Shown here one piece after another: positions 28,101 to 43,101 of a stretch of DNA of 64,000 bases. The DNA comes from Eledone cirrhosa (Eukaryota), in assembly GCA_964016885.1 (NCBI GenBank), contig OZ024744.1, positions 97,464,001 through 97,528,000 on the forward strand, written 5' to 3'. Position numbers and translations under genes: made by a program. Below the pieces are notes generated by a model. That model saw nothing but the letters and a program-made list of their open reading frames with translations, did not search any database and was not told where the DNA came from. Each line of letters starts with the position of its first letter. The first letter of the stretch is position 1.

Positions 28101-30790
28101 ACTAATACATCAAGAATATTCCCTGTTTGGCTTGTTGAGCAGCGAAGCCTATTATAGTCACCAAATTCACCAGGTTTCTACTGGAGAAGGTGTCACTGTG
28201 TGTAGCAGCCCAGATATGGGGCTTACCACCATGGAATAGGAAAATTGTTTTACCATCTGGCCTTTTGTTGTCCCCTCAATTGCCAACTGTAGGAGTGAGA
28301 TAACTTGGCTTTTTCAAACATATTTTTGCTGGTGGTTTTTGATTCCCTATGATTGAACATCTCTCTCTGTGTACTTCTCTCTATATGCTGATTTATAAAG
28401 GGCCCAGAATCTATTCCTTGAGCTCATTAAATTATAGGGGATTAATGTGAGATTTTTAACTCCATTTTTTTAATTTGATATATTGACTCCTAATTCATTT
28501 CTATATGTAAGTAGAGCTTCTTAAGTTGAATGGTTCTGAGCTGCTGTTTCTAGCGGTCTTTTGGTCTATTCACACCACCATGGTCTATAAAACACACGTC
28601 TTTTCTCTATACCATGCGTGTTTTCTTAGTTCTCTGATATATTTATATAGAAGTGTTGATCATATTGCTAAGCACCATCAATGAGCTTGTTATTATTATT
28701 ATTATAGAGAGGGTAGGGTGTAAACATGGCTTCAGTGGGGCACTGATCAATTTAGATCAATCGAAAGCATTCGATAGGGTCAACCATCGGTATCTGGAGT
28801 TTGTCCTCAAAGCAGCTGGCTTCGGCCCTGTCTTCAGAAGCTGGATCGCTGCAATGCACAGCGGCACACGTTCGGTGGTCAAGGTTAATGGGCACCTCTC
28901 GGAACCATTTCGGCTCTCCCGATCGGTCCGTCAAGGGTGCCCTCTCTCTTCCCTTCTGTACGTATTGACTCTCGAGCCTTTACTGCGGAAGCTGGAACTG
29001 TTGCAGAGCATCCTGCTCGAACCGGGACGAGGAAAGGCGGTGTTGGCTTATGCGGACGACATCACCGTGATGGTGTCGGACACCTCAGAAATCGAGGTGG
29101 TCGACACCTTACTGAAGGAATATGAAAGGTTGACAGGAGCCAAACTTAACCCGAAAAAGTTGGTGGGCTTTCAGCTCGAAACTGAAGAGGCAAGCCTATG
29201 CCGTCCAACAGCGCCGTGGGGCGCTGGACGGACAGACCGGTAAAGTTGCTCAGGGTTTGGTTCAGACCAGACCTCCAGGTGGAAAAGAATTGGGACGAGG
29301 TAATGAGCAGAGTAGCCAGTCTCACCCAAAAATGGGCTGGGAGGAAGCTATCACTGAAAGGTTGCGTGGAAGTGGTGAGTGCGTACATCGCGTCCGTCAT
29401 CTACTACCGCCTGACCATCGTGCCTTGCGCCCGTCCGCACCTCGTCAAGTTGGAATGGCTCCTATTCAAATTCTTGTGGAAAGGACAAGTTCCATTGGTG
29501 AGGCAGTCCATCTGCTGCCAGCACCCTCTACGCAGAGGGCTGGGCATGCCGTGGCTAATGATGCGCAGACATGCGCTGAGGTTGCGACATCTCCAAATAT
29601 TCTGCCTAAACAGTGAACAGGTGTGGTTGCCATTTATCAGACAGGCCTTGCCGCAGCTCGTTTCTTTGACTGAGCTGCATTCCTGGGTCAAGAAGAGACC
29701 AAGACTGGGTGACTAGTACCTGGAATGCCAGGCCCTCACTGCCCTCTACCAAGTGGGCAATGTGATCAGTGGAACTTCCACTCTCGAATTCTATAGAAGA
29801 CTAGTGGTGGGCATGTGCGATGATGCACTCGGAGAAGCTTTGGGCCTCGACGAAGTCGAACTGAGCAGTCTGTACCGGAGGACTTTCAAGCCAGGGACGA
29901 TGGATAATTTCCCAAAATCCCTCACTTTGCAGTGTTACCAGGGGGCACTGCTGGTTTGGGATAAACTCTACAGGCACGGAAGTGCTGTCAGACGGACCTG
30001 CCAAAGATGCGCACAGATTGACGAAACCGTTCTGCACGCACTTGTCCAATGTCCGTGCATTACTGACTTGTGGAGTTATGTCGAACAGCTACTGTTGCAT
30101 GTGGAATGGATCCGGGTATCGGCCGAGTCCATAGTGAAGATCGACCCGCCGCCTTTCTTAGGTCAGGAAGAGCAGGCAATTTTCCTCTGTCTGGTGGCAG
30201 GTGCGAAAGAGGTTATATGGTGGACTAGATTAAAAGGACTGAAGACAGACACTTTTCTCTTCGGCCAATCCCTCATCAACTTCTTCAAGTTTCACCTGGA
30301 AAAGAAGGTGAGGGTGGAGAGAGAAGTGCTGCCCCCCCTCCTCCCTCGTACATTTGCTAAAAGGTGGATGAATGTGGCGAGAATGGCTCGTGTGAATGGG
30401 CCTACTCTGACCATGCGCCTATAGGCTAGCTAATTTGAGGAGAAGGGTGCTCTCCCTGGGTGCCCTAGATCGCAGGGTGGTTCAGGATTGGTGGGGTACC
30501 TGGGTCACCCCTGGATTGTCCACCTCCTATAGGGGAATTTATTTTGTTATATTTATGCATAGTTTATTTTATATTTTTATATCTTCATTGTTAAATTAGT
30601 CTTGCCATTGTGCACTTTTACTCGACCTTATTGTAAACCCCCCACTGTCCCTGTCTTTGCATTGTCCCCTACATGTCGACCCTTATGGCTAATAAATGAA
30701 ATCATTATTGAAACTGTTTACTTTGAAGTTTTGCCAAAATTACCCGCTTATCAAAACAGTCTTTAGAGTGTATGTATGTATGTATGTGTG

Positions 30791-30838
<48 letters not shown>

Positions 30839-33800
30839 TAGAGATAGGTAGATGGTGGATTGGCAGTATCGGTAGAGGGTCGGACGCCATGCTTTGACGC
30901 ATAGTTACGTCCCTTTACGGTCTGAGTTCAAATCCCGCCGAGGTTGACTTTGTCTTTCATCCTTACGGGGGTCGATAAAATAAAGTACCAGTAATGAACT
31001 GGGTTATTGCTGGCCTTGTGCCTAAAGTAGAAACAATTATTATTATTACGGGGTCGATAAAATAAAGTACCAGTCACGCACTGGGGGTCAATTTAATCGA
31101 CTTTCCCCTCCCCCCAAATTGCTGGCCTTGTGCTTATATAAGAAACCATTATTATTATTAATGTTGTTGTTGTTATTCCTCACTGGAATTAATATATAAA
31201 ATATTTATGTAATCAAATGAATATAAGATATGTACCTGAACAACGGAACCCATCTCCACGAAATCCTGTACGGCATATACATACATTTCTGTCTCTTATA
31301 GTTTTGCACTCTGCATATGCATGACAGAGAGTACGGTTGATGGTACAGTCATCCTCTGGAAGTAAAAACCATTAGAATCAATAGAAATTTGAAAACAAAA
31401 ATATTTTATCAGCTTTTAATATTCCTGCTCAACCAGGGCTAATTTAGTGCTTGAAATGATATATTTATTCAACCAGGGTCGATTTGGGGCTTAAAGTCAA
31501 CAGCAATAAAAACACTACACAGCATGCAATTCTAGCTGCTACTGTATGTATACACAACATTCCTTGACAGTGTATGTGTGGCAAAAGCAAACTTTTAATA
31601 ATATGCAGATTGAAGCAAGGCATGTTCAATATGCTAGCTCAGAGGTTTTCAAACTTTTTGGGCCACCACCCTCTCTCACTGCCATGTAATACCTGCAGCG
31701 CTCCCAACCTTATTTCCAGAGAGACTTGTCTACATACAAATTGTAAATAATATGATAAATAAAATCATTAATTTATATATGATAAATAACATACTATGAA
31801 TAAATGAATATTATATATTTTTTTATTTTATTATATTTATATATAATATGTATCATTTGATATGACTTGAAAACATTTTTTCACGCTCAGTTACTGAAGC
31901 ATGGAACAAACTACCTGCATCATTTGTTAGCTGCCAGGACACTGTATCCTTTAAAACCTCCATGATAGCATGCACATATGTGTGTGTGAAGTGAGAATAG
32001 AACCACAATGAGTTATTGTGCTGGTCCTATAAAGTGGCACTCAAGCAAGTCATAAAAATGATGAAGCTGTATTTTATCAGAATTATTACTTCTTTTTTAA
32101 TCATCCCTCCATAAAAGGTGAAGTATGCTCAAAGTTCTTGTTCCAGACTCCCCAATCTCTCATCACAGCAAGAAGATCCTATCCAGTGAGGCCAGTGTCA
32201 CCAACAGTCCTGATGGTTATGTCTAGATGTCCCATTTGGTGCTTTACATCTGGTGACTAGAGAAGACTTCCCAATATCTTATCACAGCAAGAAGATCCTA
32301 TCCAGTGAAGCCAGTGTCACCAACAGTCCTGATGGTTATGTCTGGATGTCCCACTTGGTACTTTACATCTGGTGACCAGAGAAGACTTCCCAATATCTTA
32401 TCACAGCAAGAAGATCCTATCCAGCGAGGCTAGTGTCACCAACAGAGTCCTGATGGTTATGTCTGGATGTCCCACTTAGTACTTTACATCTGGTGACCAG
32501 AGAAGACTTCCCAATATCTTATCACAGCAAGAAGATCCTATCCAGTGAAGCCAGTGTCACCAACAGTCCTGATGGTTATGTCTAGATGTCCCACTTGGTA
32601 CTTTACATCTGGTGACCAGAGAAGACTTCCCAATATCTTATCACAGCAAGAAGATCCTATCCAGCGAGGCTAGTGTCACCAACAGAGTCCTGATGGTTAT
32701 GTCTGGATGTCCCACTTAGTACTTTACATCTGGTGACCAGAGAAGACTTCCCAATATCTTATCACAGCAAGAAGATCCTATCCAGCGAGGCCAGTGTCAC
32801 CAACAGAGTCCTGATGGTTATGTCTGGATGTCCCACTTGGTGCTTTACATCTGGTGACCAGAGAAGACTTCCCAATATCTTATCACAGCAAGAAGATCCT
32901 ATCCAGCGAGGCCAGTGTTACCAACAGAGTCCTGATGGTTATGTCTGGATGTCCCACTTAGTACTTTACATCTGGTGACCAGAGAAGACTTCCCAATATC
33001 TTATCACAGCAAGAAGATCCTATCCAGCGAGGCTAGTGTCACCAACAGAGTCCTGATGGTTATGTCTGGATGTCCCACTTGGTACTTTACATCTGGTGAC
33101 CAGAGAAGCAGTTTCTCTGCAGGTTCATCATGGTTGGAAACATGACCAACAAGAGCCAAGTAACAAGACTGAACTTTCAATGAAACATGTGGCAGATCAC
33201 TATAAAGAACTTTGTTGGTAGTGTGACTTTGCCATGAAATGTTGAGCACTACATGTAACATCTTGGTGTAGGAACCAACAAGTCTCCTTGAGCAAGGGAT
33301 ACTGACAGTCCAAGATTCTGAACCATATAGCAAGATGGTTTCCACAGTAGTTTTGAAGATTTCTTACTATTGAAAAATTATTACTATCCAACACCAAACA
33401 ACACATCCCAACCAAATTATGATAATGATTAGTCACTTTTCACCAAAAGATATCTACCATTATCTCCATTCACTATTCTTTGTACAACTCTATAACTCTA
33501 TTACATTAGAACCTTGCAGTATAAGTGCCCTAAATAATTTGTTGTATGAGCCAAGGCTGATGCAAATTTTTGTCTTGTAGTACAAGTGGAAATCTGCAGT
33601 ACGAGTGAGTTTCATGCAAGTGACCGCTAGTTGGTGCTGAGCTCACACATGCTCTCCCAACAAGGGCAGCCTCCCCTTGCTCAGTTCATGTGTTTATCTC
33701 GTTGGGGCAGCATTCCTATTGTATTTTTACCAGTGTTTTGTTTTTAGTTTTGTATATATTTTGCTATTATTTTATAATAATTAGTGGGAGAGATTGGTTC

Positions 33801-36800
33801 CCCAGTGGAGGACATTGTAGCGGAGAAGGCTATCTCTACGCGTGACATAAAGCCAGTGTTGGCAAAGTGGCAGGATGTTTCTGAATATGTAGAAAAAAAA
33901 ATCATCCTGAAAAAGTATCTACTGGAACGGATTAACAATATTTTAATTAATTTCAATGGGGGAAAATTGATTTGTAAAACGAAGTAAATCATAAAACAAA
34001 CTCGGTCATGGAAATAATTAAACTCGTACTGCGAGGTATTATGAAATATTCAAAATTTATACCATGTGTCTTTTTTCTACAGTTGATTCCATCTCCTTCA
34101 TAGCCAGATCTGCATATACATTGATGTTGTTGTACTAGATCATGATAAACACACACTGCATGTTCATGGCAGTTGTCTCGTAGTTTGCAGCTTATTTCTG
34201 AAAAATTAAAACAAAAATGTATATGAAGGGGAAAGTGCAGAGCATATTAGATACCAAAAAAAAAAAATTACAAGATACAAAAAGTCCCAAATTCAAAAAG
34301 AAAGTTCTCAAATATAATTGATGACATACCTCTTTGAACACATTGCAAACCATTTCCTTTATAGCCTGTCCTACACACACACATATAGTGTCCTGGCTGG
34401 CGGCGGTCTGGTACACAGTCAGCATACTGGTCGCAATTATTAGCAACACGACATGATGTAGATGACCGGCAGTACCTTCCATCTCCTGTAACATAATAAA
34501 AGATAAAGGATAAAGATCCCATTACAGTTTTATGACCTAACCATGGCTCACAAATCGCATTTGCCAAACAATTTTAACACTGAAATTAATTTTTTAGAAA
34601 TATACATCAAATATACAGGTCGGTTATATAGGTGTATATGTATATATATCATCATCATCATCATCATTTCATTTTACGTCCGCTATTTCCCTGCTGGCAA
34701 GGGTGGGACGGGAACTGGTTCTGGCTTGATTTCTACAGCTGGATGCCCTTCCTAACACCAACCTCATTTACAGTGAGTGCTGGGTGCTTTTTCGTGGCGC
34801 CTACACGTCCACTTTACAGTGTGGGCTGGGTGCTTTTTTGCCGTGGCACCTGCACGACCACTTTGCAGTGGAATGATAGGGATCCCAATCCCTATCATCT
34901 CATTTCTACAGCTGAGTAAACTGGAGCAACACATCACCCGGTCTGAGAATTGAACTCACAACCTTTCGATTGCAAGGCCAATGCTCTAACCACTAAGCCA
35001 TGTGCCTCCATATAATATATATATATATGATTTTATCATTTATTTTGTTTGACCTGTTTAGCTTGACTTGTTTTTTGGCTTAGGTGGTTAATGCCTTCTT
35101 GACCACTTTTTCAGTTTTGTATGGCGTTTTAACATATATGTTTAGCCCTGGGTTTTTAACTATGGAGCGCTTGCCAGCATAACTCTGATTTTGCGTTTCG
35201 TTTTGCTTTTTCTACCTGCCGAAATGCGATTCTCGCTGAATTTATATTTGCATCAAATATATATATATATATAATATATGTGAATCTAGTGGAATATTCC
35301 ACTATTATTTTTGGTAAGGTGAGAGAAGCTCTATACACTCTAAAATCCTCAACTCATATTGACTGAGGCACTCCGTCAGTTACGACAATGAGTGTTTCAG
35401 TTGATCCAATTAATGAAACAGCCTGCTCGCGAAAATTAACGTGCAAGTGGCTGAGCATTCTACAGGACACGTGTACTCTAAATGTAGTTCTCAGGGAGAT
35501 TCAGCATGACACAAAATGTGACAAGGCTGGCCATTTTGAGTTGTACTACAGGTCAACTCATTTTGGCCAGCTGAATAGACTGGAGGAACGTGAAATAAAG
35601 GGTCAATATAAAAATACCAGTCATATACTGGAATCGTTTCTTCCTCTATATTTCTTTCTCACTTCTTTCTATCACTCTCTCTCTCCCTCTCTGAAAGAGA
35701 TTGGCTGCCAAATTTTAAAAAGAGTCCCAAGAAATGCTGTATAACACTGTAGCACCCCTACAACTCCACCAGGAGTTGTAGGGGTTCATGTGTATATCAA
35801 TAGCTGATAGGTTTATTTAAATAACAGGAAAGAGCCGCTACTTCTCAGAATTGAGAGATCATAGCTCTGATACTAAGGGCATGTGGTTTGAATGTCTCAG
35901 GAAAGAATCGCTGGACAGATTTTTACGGGCAAAACCCTGAGCCCGAGCAAAGTGGTCAGATAGCATCCATGAGCTTGGCTGGTCACGATTGGTGATCCAG
36001 CTGGATCAGTTAGAGACGGTTGCTTTAGACTGGATCTACTGGAAGGAGTGTTGGGGACTACTCTTGACCCATGGCCTTCTCAGGAACAAGAATGTGTAGA
36101 AGAAGAAGAAGTAGAAGTGAAGAAGAAGTAAAGAAGAAGAAGAAGTAAAGAAGAAGAAGAAGAAGAAGAAGAAGAAGAAGAAGAAGAAGAAGAAGAAGAA
36201 GGCAAAGAAGAAGAAGAAAGCAAAGAAGAAGAAGAAGAAGAAGAAGAAGAAGAAGAAGAAGAAGAAGAAAGACCACCTTGATAATCAAACCATGACAAAA
36301 AATCTTAAAGTCATTTGTTTATGAAAATGAATATAGATTCTAGTGTATAATAATTGTTTCTACTTTAGGCACAAGGCCAGCAATTACCCAGTGTATTACT
36401 GGTACTTTATTTTATCGACCCCCGTAAGGATGAAAGGCAAAGTTAACCTCGGCGGGATTTGAACTCAAAGCATGGCGTCCGACCCTCTACCAATTACTAC
36501 CAATCCACCGCCCTTTGCCAATTAGTGTATAATAATTGTTTCTAATTTTGGCACAAGGCCAGCAAATTACCCCAGTGTATTACTGGTACTTTATTTTATC
36601 GACCTCATAATAATTGTTTCTACTTTTGGCACAAGGCCAGCAATTACCCAGTGTATTACTGGTACTTTATTTTATCGACCTCATAATAATTGTTTCTAAT
36701 TTTGGCACAAGGCCAGCAAATTACCCAGTGTATTACTGGTACTTTATTTTATCAACCCCCCTCCGTAAGGATGAAAAGGCAAAGATAGTGTATAATAATA

Positions 36801-39600
36801 CCTGTGTATCCTTTTTCACAAACACATGTGTAAACATTTCGTCGTGAATCCAACTGGCATCGAGCATGTTGCCCACATCTAGGACAACGCCTGGCAGTAC
36901 ATTCTCGACCATTTCCATCATAACCTGGTTTACAGCGGCAAACATGTCTTTGAATAGTTGCTTCAAACACACAATCGGCATAGGGGGAGCACTCCCGGCA
37001 TGTATCTATTGGTATATTTTGAAAAATAATTAAAGAAAAGAAATAACTAATATTAATTATTTTGAGAAAAACAAAACAAAAAAAACAAACAAAACAATTA
37101 TAACAAAAAAAGAAAAAAAAAGGTAATTATTGCATCGATTATTTAATTACAGATAATGATTTCTGATTTAGGCCCAAGACCAACAATTTGGTGGGAGGAG
37201 GAGGAAAGTGGATTATATCAACCCCCAGTGCATTACTGGTACTTTATTTTATCAACTTAGGCAATAGACCAACAATTTGGTGGGAGGAGGAAAGTGGATT
37301 ATATCAACCCCCAGTGCATTACTGGTAATTTATTTTATCAACCCCAGTGAATTACTGAAACTTTATTTTACCAATCCGCTCTCCCCCCACAAGGATGAAA
37401 AAAAGCAAAGCTGACCTCGGTGCGATTTGAACTCAGAACGTAAAGGGCCATAACTCTATGCTGTAAAGCATGGTGTCTAACATTCTACCAATACTGCCAA
37501 TCCATTGCTCTTCAATAGCCATGAAAAATAATAGTTTCTCATTTAGGCACAAGACCAAGAATTTGGTGGGAGAAGGATAGTCGATTAAATCAACCCCAAC
37601 GCATTACTGGTACTTTATATATATATATCACATTGAACTGCTCAGCAGTAGGACATGTGCATGATATAAACAAATGCCATTGGTTGGTTGGTCTAGCAAT
37701 GTCAATGCAAAGACACACAAAGACAAACATGCATTCATACACAGACACACACACATACAGACAGACACACACACATACATACACACACACATATATATAT
37801 ATATATGTAGGAGGTGAGTTTTATTGTAGTACAATAAAGCAATGCAGATATCGGATAAGAAGCACTCTACAGTTTGTAGGACTGGAGTATACATAATATA
37901 TAATATTACTACATTGTAGTATATATCCATTTAAAAACTTTATATATATCTCATCCTTCCTCATTATATTCCTCCCCCTCCACTTTTTACTCTCATCTCC
38001 TCCTCTTTTTCATCCTTTCCACCCCCCCCCCCCTCAAAATTTTTTTTTATCCAATATCACACATCAATCTAAAACTACTTTTCATATGTTGATTTAAAAC
38101 TGCACTATCCACAAGTGTTTTTAACCTTCATATCATGTCCTCCTATTTTATCTGATGAAAACACAAATGTTATTGCATGATATTTGGGGTGGTGTGGATG
38201 GGGTGGGGGTGGGGTGGTGGGACGGGGGGGGGGGGGTATTTTGTTAGAGATGCCTACTGGCTGTAGTAGGTTTTACTATGTATTTACTATGTATTTAGGT
38301 AAGGCGGGTCTTCTCTGTTACTGAGTACCGCCAAAGGTCTCGGTCCAGTGACATTGTCTTGGAGAGGTGTAGGTGTGTGAGGTCGGAGTTTATCAGCTCG
38401 TCCCAGGTTTTTCTAGGTCTGCCTATTCCGTGGCTACCGTCTATCTTTATTGCCCTGCACTTTGTTATACAGCTCTCGACTTTCATGCGCATCACGTGTC
38501 CATACCAACGTAGCCTTCTCTCGAGTAAACAACATCTGATCCCTCTTATTTCTAATTTTTTCCTTAGTTCGTTTATGCTTTGCCGTTCACGTATATTACT
38601 GTTACACATCCAGCGGAGCATGCAAGCTTCGTTCCTCTCTAGTCTGCGTATATCCTCTGCACTCAATGCCCAGGTTTCACTGCCATGCAACATTGCTGTT
38701 CGTATGCAGGCATCGTACAACCTGCCTTTCATTTTTAGGGAGAACCCTTTAGCAGCTAATAGTGGTATAAGCTCTCTGAACTTTTTCCAACCAGTTCTGA
38801 CTCTAGCTACTGTACTTTCAGAGCACCCTCCCCCACTGCTGATTTTATCACCCAGGTAATGGAAACTGTCCGCTATTTCTATAGAACCCTCTGCGCAATT
38901 GAAAGAGCTAGTATTTTGTGGGCACTTGCTGCTACTTATTGCACCAGAGCACCGGCCACATGTAAAATCTATGTTCTTAGTTAGCTTACCTGTGATCCCA
39001 CTACATCTTTTATGCACCCATACTTTGCATTTAGGACATAAAATGGAGTTTCTACCTACGCCTTTCCTACACACCGAGCACGACCATTTCCCAGAAGGGA
39101 CCGCCGCCTTATTTTCTTTCCTACAAACTAGAACTTTAGTCTTAGCCAGGTTAATTTTAAGGCCTTTTGATTCTAGGCCGTGCTTCCATGTTTGGAATTT
39201 CTTCTCTAGCTCGGCCATTGATTCCGCTATGAGCGTTAGATCATCTGCGTATAGGAGTTCCCATGGGCAGCCGGTCTTGAACTCCTCTGTTATAGCCTGA
39301 AGGGCAATAATAAATAGTAGGGGGCTGAGAACAGAGCCCTGATGGACGCCAACTTTTACGCTAAACTCTTCACTATATTCGTTGTTAATTCTAACCTTGC
39401 TGACTGTTTCTTTATACATGGCTTGTATAGCTCTCACAAGCCATTCGTCAACGCCTAGTTTTCTAAGAGCCCACCAGATAATGGAGCGGGGGACTCTGTC
39501 GAAGGCTTTCTCCAAGTCGACAAAAGCTAAGTAGAGGGGTTTACCTTTAGCTAGGTACTTCTCCTGTAGTTGTCGTACAATGAAAAGAGCGTCTGTGGTA

Positions 39601-39659
<59 letters not shown>

Positions 39660-41333
39660 ATATACATATACATACACATACAGAGTGGGTAGCTAATACT
39701 GCACCAATATGTATACAAATATATACACAAATCTAATATAATTGTCGATCGACTTTCATCAAATCGGACCGAGGAAACAATGTTTCCATTGATCTTTCCA
39801 ATTACTAATACTATCTATTGGATGCAACTCCAGGTAGAAGAAGCAACATGAAATAAAGTGTCTTGCTCAAGGACATAATGCATCGTCCGGTCCAGGAATC
39901 AAACTCACAACCTTACGATTGTGAATCCACTCCTCTAACCAATCAGCCACACGCCTTCACATATCTAATATGTAGGCATGTAAAGAGGCCAGAAAATATG
40001 AATTTAAGTCAGTAATACATTACCAATGTGAGTACAACTTCTTCCATCACCAGTAAAACCAGCATTACAGCGACAATGATGAAAGAGTCGGTCAGAATCG
40101 AAGTAACAGTGGGCATTTGCATCACAATGTTCACAATCAACTGAAATATAAAAACAAAATCATTGTTTGTATGGATGGTAAAAAAATAAATCTCTCAGGA
40201 GAGCTGAACAGCAGAAGCCCTTCAAAGTAGAACCTCTGCTCAGGCAATTGTTTCATCCCTTAACCCTTTGGCATTTACATTACTCTATAAATACTATTAT
40301 ATTTTCTCGGAAAAGGCTTTACCTCACAAAATTATCTCACATATTATCGAATTTATGAGATTTTGATATTATTTATTTGGAGAACAATATCATAAAATCA
40401 GTATGAGTGGCCACTTACAGCAGGTTTGAACAGAAAGACTTGAGAGAATTCTGGCCGGATATCGCAGGTTTATATATTTAAGTGTTAACTTAAAATGGGA
40501 TTGCAAGATAAGAAATATATGTCTTATCTTGCAAATTTATATCTTGACACAAAACTTTGTTTTGGCACAAAGCCATCTAAAACTGCCTGTTTCTATTACA
40601 TCATCATCAGCAGTAGTTTATGTCCATTTTCCATACATGTATGGTTTCTACATTGTAGTATATATCCATTTAAAAACTTTCTATTAACATAACCACTTAT
40701 TAGGTAATGTTTCTAATGCTACAATAATAATTGTTTCTACTTTTGGCACAAGGCCAGCAATTATCCCAGTGTATTACTGGTACTTTATTTTATCGACCCT
40801 GTAAGGATGAAAGGCAAAGTTAACCTTGGCGGGATTTGAGCTCAGATCATAAAGGGCCGTAACTCTTTGCTGCAAAGCATGGCGTCCGACCCTCTACCAA
40901 TACTGCCAATCCACCGTCCAATGCTACAATAATAATGGTTTCTACTTTAGGCACAAGGCCAGCAATTACCCAGGCACAAGGCCAACAATTTGGGGAGAAA
41001 GGGAAAGTCAATTAAATCAACCTCAGTGCATTACTGGTACTTTTATTTTATCGAGCCCTCCCCCCCCCATAAGAATGAAAGGCAAAGCTAACCTCAGCGA
41101 GATTTGAGCACATACCGTAAAGGGCCGTAACTCTATGCTGCAAAGAATGGTGCCTGACACTATACCGATTCTGCCAATGCAAAATGTTGCAAATAATGTT
41201 TGGCTATTATAATTTGCGAAAGTGAAAAAATATAAATAAATAAATAAAATGAACGAAGGGAAGTAACTCAAATAAGCCAGTGGTACTAATTTGAATCAAA
41301 AGTTAAAGAAGTAGTGTGTTGAATGCCAAATAC

Positions 41334-41368
<35 letters not shown>

Positions 41369-43066
41369 AATTTTAAAATAATTTATACACCATTCTTGGT
41401 ATATAGATGCATATACACACCAGATGCACATATACACCATTGTTGGTGTGTATGTGGCAATATCTGATTCCTATATGAAACTGCTCTTTTGACAAGTTTG
41501 CAAAAAATAAAAACGATACTTTTGAAAAATATACATTTGTGGCCACTGCACCCTCTCACAGCCACCTAATACCCTCAGTGATTCCAACCCTATTTCCAGA
41601 AAGACCTGCCTACATGCAAATTGTAAATAATATATAATAAATAAAATCGTTAATTTATATATAATAAATTATATAATATATACTATGTATAAATAAACAT
41701 TATATATGTTTTTATTTTACAATGTTTATATATAATTGCCTATGTACAAAGCGAAACATTCAGTCAGTAGGCACCTCTTAACCAAATATACACCCCTATC
41801 CTCCCACTCCCACCAACACCACCCTCTCTCTGTAAAGTTGGTACCACAACATCCAGTCCAAATAAATGAGATAATTGTTTCTACTTTTAGGCACAAGGCC
41901 AGCAATTAACCAGTACATTACTGGTACTTTATTTTATCGACCCCCCGTAAGGATGAAAGGCAAAGTTAACCTCGGCGGGATTTGAACTCAGACTGTAAAG
42001 GGACGTAACTATGCTGGAAAGCATGGTGTCTGACGCTCTACCGATTCTGCCAATCTACCACCCTAAAAGTAAATGAGATAATGAGATCAAGATTGTGTAG
42101 GTGTCATGACAAAAACACACAGTCCACGCTGTAATGTGGTTGTGTAGGTAACACGGTAAAAAGACTCCCAGTCAAGACTGTAAATGTGGTTGGTGTTAGG
42201 AAGGGCATCCAGCCAGATAGTCCTATATGAGCGAGACACGGTCACCCGACAAACCTTGCCTCAACTTGGGACAACTCCTGTCTATCCCATGCTAGCGTGG
42301 AAGATGGACGTTAAACGATGATGATGATGATGATGTTTCTACTTTAGGCACAAGGCCAGCAATTATCCAGTGTATTACTGGGGCTTTATTTTATTGACCC
42401 CGTAAGGATGAAAGGCAAAGTTAACCTCGGCGGGATTTGAACTCAGATCGTAAAGGGAGGTAACTATGCTGGAAAGCATGGCGTCTGACCCTCTACCGAT
42501 TCTGCCAATCCACATCTACTAATATATAATTGTTTCTACTTTTGGCACAAGGCCAGCAATTATTCATTATATTACTGGTGCTTTATTTTATCGACCCCCG
42601 TAAGGATGAAAGGCAAAGTTAACCTCGGCAGGATTTGAACTCAGACCATAAAGGGACATAACTCTATGCTGCAAAGCATGGCATCCAACCTTCAACAAAT
42701 ACAGCCAATCCACCACCCTTTATTTATATATATGTATCATTTGATATTTAATATACTATTATATCATCTCTACCACTCCCCCCAGTGCCCACTTTGAGAA
42801 CTTCTGAAGTAGTGTGTGTGTGTGACAGCTCACACCTATGCAGCTTTAGCTGGCCTCCTCCGAGATATATCTCGTTGGAGGTGTCTTGGGTAATTTAATG
42901 ATAGGGACCCCAGTCCCTATCATCTCATTTCTACAGCCGAGTAAACTGGAGCAATGTGAAATAAAGTGTCTTGCTCAAGGAAACAACACATCACCCAGTC
43001 TGAGAATTGAACTCACAACCTTTCGATTGCAAGGCCAATGCTCTAACCACTAAGCCATGTGCCTAC

Positions 43067-43101
<35 letters not shown>

